A stretch of DNA of 64,000 bases from Trichoplax sp. H2 (Eukaryota). The stretch is taken from NCBI GenBank assembly GCA_003344405.1, contig NOWV01000132.1, forward strand, positions 1 through 64,000, in the 5' to 3' direction. This document shows positions 1 through 10,867 of the stretch, piece by piece (positions within the stretch are counted from its first letter, which is position 1; each line of letters begins with the position of its first letter). Below the pieces are notes generated by a model. The model was not told the origin of the DNA and made no database searches. It worked only from the letters and a program-made list of their open reading frames with translations. Made by a program: the position numbers and the translations under genes.

Positions 1-671
1 TCTTCAAGATTTGGTCATAAAAACAACATTCTAGCTAACAATCAACACAACCTGCCAATTTCCATCTTATTTTCTATTTTCCTCACTAAATCTCCTAATG
101 TGACTTCAAGTCACGTCATAAAATTCCAAAGTTTCAAATTCATAACAAAAAGTCCAAATCTCAAAAATCAACTCTTACGATATTTTTTACAAATTAAAAT
201 AAAGAAAACAAATCCGAATTTTTGTAAAGATTACAAGACTCGCTTTTCGCTGATCAAAAAATTTTATATGACTATCACAATTACTTTTCTGACATTAGTA
301 TCGCTGAGTATTGACAGTTGATGTTTTAGCGTCAGGTTGTACTATAACTGTACGATGATAGACTACATTATAGTACTTTACCGTCATGTTATAAATCCCC
401 TTTCTCTAAGGATAGAGTTTTGCTACTAAGTTAAATTTAGTTACAATTTGAATAGACGATCAAACGCCCTTTCTTTAGATTAGGCATTTGCAACTTCTAT
501 ATTAATCTATATAATACCTTGTAAAATAATGAAGAAGAAAAGATGGCGACATGATGATTTGGCAGGGTAAAACTTAAAGACACTATCACTTTCTAGGTAT
601 TTTCTATAGTAAAATAATATTAATTACATACTAAAAACTACAAAGGACTCTACTTTTTAGTCCTTTACTAC

Positions 672-1141
672 AGTTATAATAAGGAATGCGAATTATCTAC
701 TTACAGTTCGAATCATTGTGATTGTAACTTACTTATGATAGATTGTACATTATCGTGGAAATGCTCCGTGATAGGACATATCGTAATCTGACTATTCTGT
801 ATTGGTCATCAGATGTTTATGTTTGTAAATACTGTTGTCTACATTAAGGGAGCAGTAGCTAAAATTAATATCTAATTTAGTGAATGATTCCAAAGTTAAT
901 CGTACTAACTATGACTCATGAACTATTGAGGAAGAGTATATAAATGCAATATATCGTGTAATAAAGTCGATTCTTAAACTTAGTGTTTAACGTAAATACG
1001 AGGCGTTTAAGTCTTTGAGTAGTCTGTTAGTAGAGTAAAAGTGTTTCTGATAGTGCGGATATCGTTCCTTGATAAGTGGTTCAAGGAATTGACTTATTGA
1101 TCGCATATTACATTATCTTGTTGCAAAGCTGTTTTGTGACA
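672..1141 (+). mobile_element. Solo-LTR-like element, family A, 5' end missing or replaced
   Basis: Aligns to the 36357 and 40181 copies from about 672; TATATAAA ~937, AATAAA 960, ends GCTGTTTTGTGACA. No TSD pair found. Confidence 0.8.
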
Positions 1142-3479
1142 GTATTGTAACTTTAAAAAGTAACTTAACTTGGGTTTAACTACCGTAGGTTCTACTTATT
1201 GTTTTAGTATATCGTTAACTCGACCACTTTATTCGGGTTAGAGTTGAATAACTTTCAATAACTTAACTTTGTTAAGAGTTATACAATGTAACATTGTGAA
1301 TTTAGCTATATGTTAAGATAACATAGTATTTAAGTTGCAATCTTGATTAAAACTACCAGCTAATTTTGATTAAAAGTTACAGTAGAAATGATGCTACTTT
1401 GTAATAAAGTACAGTAGAAACTCGAACATTCTAATTAGGGTTCTAATTTAAGATAAATGATCTATTATGATGTTTTATTATAGTTGCATTTTGTATATTG
1501 TAGAAAATATTTTTTGTAGTCGAATTACGATAAATTATTATTAATTTGATCATTCCGGAATCTAGGGTATAATTTGTCTAGTCAAATGTATTTAATTGCT
1601 AGTTTGATTTGGTTTACCTTAGAATTAAGAGATGGTAGTCTGATACCAGCTACTGATCTGTGTAGCAAATAAAAGGTGCCATAATTCAGTAGTTTAGGAT
1701 TTTCCTAATTCGAGAGATATCGTATTTTACGTTGGTAGCTTGATAGGTTTAGGCAATAATTTTGCCCTTTTTATAATTTTTTAGTACAATTGATAAGATT
1801 TTTAGATAATTTATTACAATAAATTGGTGATCTTTCCTAATTTCCTTATCTTGGAATTGAAAGCTGGAAATTTGACTTGAATTTTTCGTTCATTATTACT
1901 TATATATGTATGAAATCACAGATTAACCATTAAAGACTTCTGCACATAACAATTTAAGAAAATGAACTTAAAACTGATAATACTTTACTTAATTTTATCT
2001 CACTATTCAAGTAGCCACGCACCTTCATTCATTGATATCGCATGGACGACAGTATTCACGATTAAGTAAAAAATAGTATAATAATAAATTTACTAAAATT
2101 AATTATATTCGCACTACTAAGCATATAGAATGGCAAATCTGTAACGTTCTCAATCGTTACGTCTATTAGGAGATTGTATTAGTAGTAACATACATAAGAT
2201 GATAAAGAGGACAATAAGATCCATCATATCATTGATCAGATCAGACATCTTTTATCTCCATCGAAATATAGAATAGCATACGAAAAGTTTCATTGACACT
2301 ATTAATTAAATTGACAGGAAGTTGCTTCATTAACTAGAATTAGATTATATGAAATTGGTATCATATCTATTCCTATAAGTGACAGTAAATACTGATGTAA
2401 AAATACGCTTAAGGATGCTATGCCATGGTTTCAAAGCATATTTTTTCTTAAATACGAACGATTAAAAATGATACTGGCTGTTTAATTAAGAGGTAAACTA
2501 CCTATCAATTAAAATATGTAGTTTTTAGTCCATTTGAAGGACAATGAAAGACCGAAATATTAGTTACATTTTATGATTGACAGAAAACAGTCAGATTCGT
2601 ATATATAAATTTCCAGGAATTACGTATTTGGCGTTGCAAGCTGATATTTTTACCGTATCTGAAATTTATCAATAATCTCAAAATGTTTTTCAAAAATTTA
2701 CGGTTAGTCTTATTTGAAACCCTACTAAGACAATTTCATCTGACGGTCAATATGCGACAAGCATCAATATTAGAATTGAAATCTTAGAAAAACTACGTTT
2801 TGAATTCTACCTTACGAAAACTTTATTTCATATTTAATTCTTATTATTGACTAAAGTAACAGATAAAATTCAATAATATCTAACAACTTAGATGCCAAAT
2901 AGCTTGTGATAATCCTACGATTTTATCATCTTGGAAGGAGTAGAGAACATCTGTTTTGAAATCAGCACTCAGACAGTATATCCAGTATTTTAAGGCTTAC
3001 GAACAAGAATTTAAAAATATAGGTAAAGTTTGATGATATTGCAGTTACAGTTGAGAAAATGATGCCTTTAACTAGACATGTCATGCCACTTTGATTGAAA
3101 GAGAAATTCTGCAATAAAAACTTCTCGTTTAGGATTTAAGATACTGTAATGCACCATTTTTTAATGTACCTGGTATAGCTGCTAGACAAGACTCTTCCAA
3201 ATTTAAAGCTATTCATGCAATTGTTTACGAAGTCTGTTTTATGCTTTTTGTTGGATATACTATACAACTGTATATAGTTGTATTTGATTTTGTTGCCCAT
3301 CTGTATTTTCGATCTTTGTTTCGAGTATCTATTTTGTAAACATTAGTTTAATCTTCATAGACTTTAAACAATCTAGTATTTTAATATCGTAAAATCCAAT
3401 CACTGCTATCTAGTCCAATATTTCATAAAATTCAGAACACCATTACTACTTCAGCTTAGTATACGCAAAGGAACTGAAG

Positions 3480-3752
3480 GTAAGTAATAGTATGAAAATT
3501 ACAACAAATGATAGCTATCGAATATGTAATTCTGAATCTTGTATACCAATGTACTTAACGTTGAACTCTTCATATTTTAAAATTCACTGCTACATGAACC
3601 TTATAGAAGAGTTTCCGATAATTCTGTATGAAATAATCTGATTTTATATGTTAATGTTTTTGAAAATATTTTAAAATAAATCTTATTTATTTAATCAGCT
3701 TAGAGTCAATAATTTATAACTTATATGTGCTAAATTCTCTTTTTATTTCTAG
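3480..3752 (+). other. Putative 5'-UTR intron of GPCR paralog 1
   Basis: Consensus donor AAG|GTAAGT at 3480; polypyrimidine acceptor TTCTCTTTTTATTTCTAG| ending 3752, about 210 nt upstream of the ATG. Confidence 0.5.
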
Positions 3753-3963
3753 AAAACTTGCAAGATCTTATGAACTTATTTGGCACTAAATAAGTACGAT
3801 TCTTCTTGAACTCCTTGTATTGATCTTTCAAGTACATTTCATTGATTGATTTCTTGTTGCATTGGAAAGAATTCGATTTTTAACCGAGTAATGTGAAATA
3901 ATTAAACTCCCCTTCCAGTAATAATCCTGTAGTGTTGGTAAGTCCTAGCATAAATTCATTGAA

Positions 3964-4929
3964 ATGGAAGGCAACTATCGAGATCAGAGTCAAAGCGAAT
4001 TTTCACCTTTGCATAATCTCACGGAGACCGGTATTAATTTTACTACAGTTCAATACCTTCTGCCAGGGGTTATCATCTCATTAACTGCGTTACTTGTTGA
4101 CTTTGCAGTAATAATCCTGATTTTAGCCAATCCTCGAGTAAGAAAGATTTCTAACTCCATTTTTTGTAGTAGCTGCTTCTGTGGCCTTCTTTCTTCAGTT
4201 CAAACGATAGCAGTTGTCTTAAATCTTCTTTATGAAACGGATTACTATTTCAATGACTTTATAGAATGTTTCCTGGATGAAACGATAGAGTTATCGTTAT
4301 TTGCAGTCTTTAATATTCATGTTACGTTAATAAATCTTCAACGATGTTTATCAATCATATTTCCTTTCAAATATCAGCGTTGGGCTACTCGAAGAAACGT
4401 CGCCATTGCAATAATTTTAGCTTGGATTGTTCCAATTGGAGTAATTTTTATGTTATCACAATTCATTTCTCTTGTCACTTTTGGAAATTGCTCGGAATGG
4501 TATCAAGTAAGCAGTGCTAACATTATTGTAACTCGCATTCTGTTACCAATTACTTTCGTCTTGCCTCCTTTAGTCACCATTGTGACTTATAGCATAATTA
4601 TTAATAAAGTTTACTCGTTCCAGAAAAAGTTTAGGAGTCAATGCAATTCTACACCATTGCCCCAGTCTTCATCTAGCCATCAATTAATGTTCTTGCACAG
4701 AAAAGCTCTCATTCAAATGGCTCTGGTCTTAGGGGCATATAGCCTGTCTTTGTTTCCATTATTTACAGTATTAACTATCCTTACGATATCCCCTAATTTT
4801 TCACTATATGCTGCTAGCGAAGTCACATATTGTATAGCTGCAACGTATATCTTTATTCACCCCATTTTGGTTGTCTACTTTACGGTAGATCTTAAAGCGG
4901 AGATAAAAAAGAGACTTACACGCTATTAA
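3964..4929 (+). CDS. Orphan rhodopsin-like (class A-type) 7TM GPCR, paralog 1 (321 aa, intronless CDS)
   Basis: Seven hydrophobic segments; N-terminal NxS/T sequons (NLT, NFT); TM3 Cys (ECF) and ECL2 Cys (GNC); QRC..IIFPFKYQR at the DRY/ICL2 position; TM4 W; TM5 LPP..Y; HRKALIQM; TM7 HPIL. Most divergent of the paralogs. Confidence 0.93.
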   Translation: MEGNYRDQSQSEFSPLHNLTETGINFTTVQYLLPGVIISLTALLVDFAVIILILANPRVRKISNSIFCSSCFCGLLSSVQTIAVVLNLLYETDYYFNDFIECFLDETIELSLFAVFNIHVTLINLQRCLSIIFPFKYQRWATRRNVAIAIILAWIVPIGVIFMLSQFISLVTFGNCSEWYQVSSANIIVTRILLPITFVLPPLVTIVTYSIIINKVYSFQKKFRSQCNSTPLPQSSSSHQLMFLHRKALIQMALVLGAYSLSLFPLFTVLTILTISPNFSLYAASEVTYCIAATYIFIHPILVVYFTVDLKAEIKKRLTRY

Positions 4930-5036
4930 TTACAAGGAGAATCAGTAAGCGTCGGGTATGAAAACTCATTGTCATTATCAAATAATCAACGACTACATTA
5001 AATATTTCATCGCGAATAGAATACAAGATAACAAAA

Positions 5037-5590
5037 TGTCACAACCAAACACTGTGGCAAGCAAAGGTAAAGTCTATAAGTAACAACTGACTTTAATGCT
5101 TTTTTACTAAATGTAACATACAGTATACATAGCAAATTACTGGTAAAATGGAACTTTTATTTGCATAGACACATTCACAACTTTGCACAACCACTTCCTA
5201 CTCGAAATGCTGTTGTTCATATAGGAGTCATCGAACTTGTAAACAGTAGTTTTATTATTATCCGTTGCTAGCAAAAACATCTAGACCTGAAATGTTTCAT
5301 TCTTATATAGCTTTTCTATCAATGAATATTCTTATTCTATTAATCATACAAAATGTTAATCTAGTCATAAAACACTGTTTAGCTCAACTATCTTAAGCTA
5401 GAACTTGAATCACCTTATTTCTATCTATGTTCGTAATAACAATCAATATCAAAATATGTAATAAACTATTATAAATAATTTCCCGTTAAGGCATTACTTG
5501 TCTTTTCTAGCACTATAATTATAGACATTTTCCATTATTAATAGCTACCGTTCTATTAGCCTATTCTAACGACAAGGCAACACCGCAACA
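5037..5590 (-). mobile_element. Solo-LTR-like element, family B
   Basis: Reverse complement begins TGTTGCGGTGTTGCCTTGTC, ends TTGTGACA, and is homologous along its length to 30238-30784. Flanks CAAAA/TAAGG do not form a clean TSD. Confidence 0.8.
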
Positions 5591-6965
5591 TAAGGTTACC
5601 AATTCTATTGATAATCCTTAACTAGTACCGCATCGATCATACCTTTACTCACATTGATTGATATTGGCCAATAACAATCCTAAGAAATGGAATTCATGAA
5701 TAAAATTTAAATCTTGATATTCGCAATACATTTGCAGGCAGATTATGGATTGGAAAGTAGGCTAGCCTTATTATTCTTAGCTACAACTAAACTACTTTTT
5801 TTTATATGTTGTAGTACTTTAAAACTTTTTTGACTTTCAATTGTCGAATTATATAAAGAAATTTAGCTGATTCTCCCTACTATATAAGATACATTTAAAG
5901 CTTTCAAAATTTCTTCCAGTACGGATACAGAGCAGCCTTTAAAAGTAGAAGTTGCATTAAATTTATAGTCAACAAACTGAATCTATTTCATTTGCGTCTC
6001 AACGCTAACAACGCCAGCTCACGCCGAAAATTTCATAATGCTCTATGCACTATCATAAATAGTTTATAAAGTGAAATTATGATAAATTGAGACTTAAATG
6101 CCATTGTATTGATCTAAACCTGTTATAAAGGGGCTATTTTAGGAAAAATTTGTACAACTTCTTCTCACTTTTATACACAAAAGTATATGATAAGCAAGCC
6201 ATTTGTAGCCTCATTTTAAATCTATCAATCTACTTACATCAACTATGTTATCTTGATTATTCAAATACAACTTGATTATTGATGTCTAAAAGAGCAGATT
6301 TTATATCAAAAAGTCTAGAATTAATCAGCTGGCGAGATAAGATTATAATTCGTATAACTGATTCACAATACTAATTTACTAACGCAGTACTTAGTACTAT
6401 TGTCCTTGCTTTAGGAAATTGAATCGACTAAAGGAAATTAATTTCAGCAATGTGTTCTCTGTTACGATTGCTAGTAAGATTAAGCCCAATTGAATCTCTT
6501 TCAAAAGCTCAAAAATACTTCAAATGACCCTGCCGATAAATAATGCCATAGAAGAATACTTTTACAGAATTTAATCTCTGAAGCAAACGGAAGGAAAAGA
6601 CGATGCTTTTGATGCTTCGTAAAACTTTAGTACGTTTTCTATATTATTTTTTAACTCGCAGTCTATCAGAAATATTAAAATAAAAATCATTACAATAAGT
6701 ACTTTAGATTCCACGGTAACGATAAAACAATTCAAGAAATGTGCTTTTGAAATTCTCGTGTCTTCAAGCGTGACAAAATAATTAATCATTCTTAAATCAT
6801 TTCGATAATACCAAATCAACGCCATAAATTTATCAAAAGTCAGCACAAGATAAGAAAAACTTTTAGCAGTCAAAGTAATCAGAATTTATAAGTTAAAATC
6901 TTTCTATATTGCAAAATATAATATTCTACTATTGCGCTAGCTTGTGTGCAATTGCCAAGAATAAG

Positions 6966-7245
6966 TATCACTCACACCCCACTACCTACTCTCTTCTAAT
7001 GTGAGTGATCAACTAATTTACTAGCTACTTAGTCACTCCAACTAACTACGGAGAGATTTTGTAAGTAAGACTAGCAACTTCCTCACAAGTATAATAAGCG
7101 GCTTGTTGTAAGATTAGTTTTATGAGTTTTTAATTCTATACATACAACGAAAGTATAGTACCTTGTCGTACTCTAGAAAAGTATCAACTGAGCGATATAT
7201 TTTCTGCTTGGGCTTATATACAGTCGCCACACGTAAACAACGAAT
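6966..7245 (-). mobile_element. Solo-LTR-like element, family C (degraded)
   Basis: Reverse-complement match to 23142-23439; right boundary approximate. Confidence 0.75.
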
Positions 7246-7628
7246 ACCATTTATAATTTCCAGAATCAATTAACAATATTTATAGGAAGAAAAACCTGCA
7301 AATTCATGATTAAATCTATTATTTTCTGTCACAGTACAGCATCACCAATTAAGTAATGATTGATCAGTAAATAATAAATAAATACCTAATAAAAGTCTAG
7401 ATAAGGCTATATGCTATGTTTGATGTTTAATTTTGCTGGGCTTGCAGTTAATATTTTGGTAGTAGTATTATGATATGAAATATAAACTATTGCAAGCTAG
7501 TTTACTATAGGTAAAAGATAAATTAAGATCTAACAATTGAACCCAACATAAACGAAGAATGAGCGTTTTAACACCCTAAGTTTCAGAATATCAAGATACT
7601 TGTATCTATTTACTAGTTCTATCTAACA

Positions 7629-7845
7629 TAAATGCCAATCTATGCAAAGGTGTAAAATATGTACCGCACCAATTAACTCTGAAATTTACTGTAGAAATCT
7701 ATTTAAGTGTATTTAATTGTAAATAAAAGTAGCATTTATTAAATGCCAATCTATGCAAAGGTGTAAAATATGTAACGCACCAATTAACACTGAAATTTAC
7801 TGTAGAAATCTATTTAAGTGTATTTAATTGTAAATAAAAGTAGCA
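7629..7845 (+). repeat. Tandem duplication (period 111 bp, 2 copies) inside family G LTR
   Basis: 7629-7734 is nearly identical to 7740-7845; the unit carries TATTTAAG and AATAAA. Confidence 0.9.
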
Positions 7846-8006
7846 ATTGCTTAAGAAGCGTAGAGGAGCTGTAAGATGTAGAAAATTGCGAAATCAGTCG
7901 TCTGCGGAGTACAACCAAGAAATCGAGTACACATATGTCCCTCACATAAAGAATATAAAATACTGCAGGAAAAGTCTCAGTCATCAAAGTAACTTATATA
8001 TGGATG

Positions 8007-9082
8007 TGTTCTGTACTTTATGATAACATTTTGTTTTGAACTTTTTAAAAGTACGAACTACTACTTTAGGATTTATTATTGTTAGTAATAAGCAAAATTA
8101 TTATGGAATTATGATGATATAGTAATATGTTACAAGTATCAAGAACATAGGAGCTCGAAAGAATTTACAGTCGAAGTAGATTTACGTATGAAATTGTTTA
8201 TTATCTTGAATGTCCGTATTTGATAATTCAATCGTAATAACATAATTGTTATTGAAATTTGTTGATAGCATAGTAAATATACTTATAACTACTGAAAGAG
8301 TATATAAGAAGGACTGAGATCAATAAAAAGTGATCTAGGTTAAGGCTAAGTTGTGTGATAGTTTTATGCCGTTGTAACGAAACTTAGTATTGCGATCGTA
8401 GACTTTTAGCCATGTTTAGTAAGATGTACGGAAGCGTAACTTTCTATATTTATCTTAAGACGTGTTTGGTAGCTTGCTACTATGGACTGCAACGCTAGAT
8501 TCTATGATACAGTACAGATGACTATATATAGTAAGGTTTGGAGTTACTATTAAGGCTGGAGGTAAAAATAGAACTGTAATTCATATGAATATTAAGATAA
8601 GCTTAGTTTACCGTACTTTGAATGATAAGAATAATATCTACGGAAATACCGTGGCAGTTTTCATATCGGGATAATGATGGGCCGCTGTAAAATGTTATAG
8701 CTAATAATAATTAGACTATGTGCAAATTATGGTAGAATGCTGCTATGCTAATCGTAGCTGCGAAAGCTACGGAGAGTATAAAAGCAGGAAGACAATAGAT
8801 TATCCGATACTTATTTCTAGAAGTCTTTCAGTAGCTGTATTCGGCTAATGTAGAACTGTGTGTAGCTAGTCTTTATATTAGATCTAATAAAGTTCTAATT
8901 TTCTTCAACTTGGAATATTCATGGTCGGATTTTATCATATCTGTATATTGTGTAGAGCGAGTTAGTACTTCGCAAGGATTCTAGTTACTATACCACAGGC
9001 TAGATAAGTAGTTCTGCGGATTAAAGTAAAGTTTATTATAAGTACTGTGTTGTTTTCTTGTGTCGCAAGGGTAGTTGTGGCA
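8007..9082 (+). mobile_element. Solo-LTR-like element, family F (single copy), nested in G and host of E
   Basis: TGTTCTG start, GTATATAAG ~8300, AATAAA 8322, terminal hairpin TGTCGCAA-GGGTAG-TTGTGGCA; flanks GGATG/GGAAG. The 5' boundary is less certain. Confidence 0.55.
8373..8939 (+). mobile_element. Solo-LTR-like element, family E (diverged copy)
   Basis: Homologous to the reverse complement of 17547-18098; TGTAAC start, GTATAAAAG ~8776, AATAAA 8886; flanks GCCGT/TCTGT (decayed TSD). Confidence 0.8.
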
Positions 9083-10241
9083 GGAAGTAGACAGAGTTAT
9101 CGTACCTTCACTAGAGTTCTTTGCAAATATTTACAAGTGATGGCTATGACTAACTTATCCGCTGATCCTTAATTAATCACTAATATTGTACGACTATTGG
9201 TCATAATACATTTATCTATGTGTCTATTCCTCTAATATTTTCAATAATTTATCTTATTTGCTAATTTTCAAAAAAGATCAGTCTTCAAAATAAATCAATT
9301 TAAACAATAATGTAAGTTCAAAAGTTGATCGTAACATTTTCGTACACACCTTCATTTTAAAATATATTGATTCTTAATTATTATGAATACCTTCAATTCG
9401 GAATAAAGCATTTCCTGGGCACATTTTGCACCAAAATGGTGTCTTCAGTATAATTTAATTATTATCATGATCCAGCAAATTGTAGTAGTACGTTATATCT
9501 TTAATAGGATGAAACGGTGCATTTGTACTGCTTCTAGTATAAGGAACCTAAAGTGACAGTAGGAGTCTATTGCACGATCATTGCAACTATTCTTGATTCA
9601 CATAAATTCTTAAAGAAACAGAGACTAAATAGAATTTTTAACTAGAAATGGAGATAATCTTAAACATTTTAGTTCCTTTAATGCTTATCTCCTTTCTTTT
9701 TTATAACATGCAGAATCCATCAAATACTGCACATTACTGATAAATATAATTCGATAACTTTCGTTAAACGCTGTCATCATAAAGCAAAACACATAATGTT
9801 AAACATTGATTACCACAAATATATAACTATCAAAGTCAGGTAAAAAATAACGTAAGAAATTAAAATAGCCAATTATAACGCAATTATAGATGGTCTCTTG
9901 TGAGAAAACGGTATAGCTTTACATTATCATATTCTGTATGGACCAGACAAGATTTAATTCCTCTACAACTCTGTAAGTTCGCAGCGATCTAGAAGGTTTC
10001 GTAAAATTTACAGATTAGTCCTACAAATGATTTATGATTCAAGTAGCGCATTATATATTACAGCTTGAAATATTACTTATAAGAAGCTGATCATTTTGAC
10101 TTAACAGATACATGTTAGATGAAGATACAAGAATTTACAGTTTTTTTACTATTAGCAATCAAAGACTTACTTATTTCTGATGTAGATGTCGATACAATTA
10201 TAGCGCTATCAATTTTGTTTTGATTAAAAAACATACGTACA

Positions 10242-10867
10242 TTTTACGATGTCATGCACTGTAGTGTCGAGATTAGAACAGATGTGTCTATGTTAGCATA
10301 ATTTTGTTAGCTTACCCATATTTAGAGAGTTTCTAATTTAGATATCTGGTGTTTAAATATAGCACTAGTTTTTATGATATTTATCATATACATATACTGA
10401 AATTTATAGTCAAATTAGGGAATCAAGAATAGTCTATTTACAATTCAAATCGACGTGATTGTAACTTACTTAGGGTAGATTATAGATAGTCGTGGAAATG
10501 TTCCGTTATAGGACATATTGTAATCTGACTATCTTGTATTAGTCGCTAGATTCTATATTCGTAAATAATGTTATCTTCGTTAGGTAGGAGAAAGTAAAAT
10601 TAGTTTTTGATTCATTAGTAGGTTGCAATGCTAATATTACTAACTAGGATGTCTTAAAGAATATATAAATGCGAACTACCGTATAATAAAGTGAGTTCTC
10701 AAGATGTTTGTTTAACATAAAATACGAGGCATATAAGTCTTTTTGTAGTCTGCTAGTATAGGAACAGTATTCATGATAGCGTAGTCATTGCTCCCTGATA
10801 CGTGATTCAGGGAATGGACTTATCGATCGTACATTACACTATCTTGTTTCAAAGCCGTTTTATAACA
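10242..10867 (+). mobile_element. Solo-LTR-like element, family A (old diverged copy)
   Basis: Full-length alignment to family A with decayed termini TTTTAC...TATAACA; TSD GTACA/GTATA. Confidence 0.8.

Larger units (their letters stand above)
7327..9151 (+). mobile_element. Solo-LTR-like element, family G, interrupted by nested F and E
   Basis: Starts TGTCACAGTAC; 7327-8000 aligns to 52822-53360 and resumes at ~9109 (CACTAGAGTTCTTT...ACAAGTGA) to a decayed end at ~9151. Confidence 0.7.

Noticed and set aside
6571-6873. 100-aa ORF and the other 60-85-aa ORFs (100, 21267, 24321, 26250, 34725, 41481, 46339, 57812, 58425)
   Set aside because: Composition typical of AT-rich chance ORFs, several with non-ATG starts, and no motifs I recognise.
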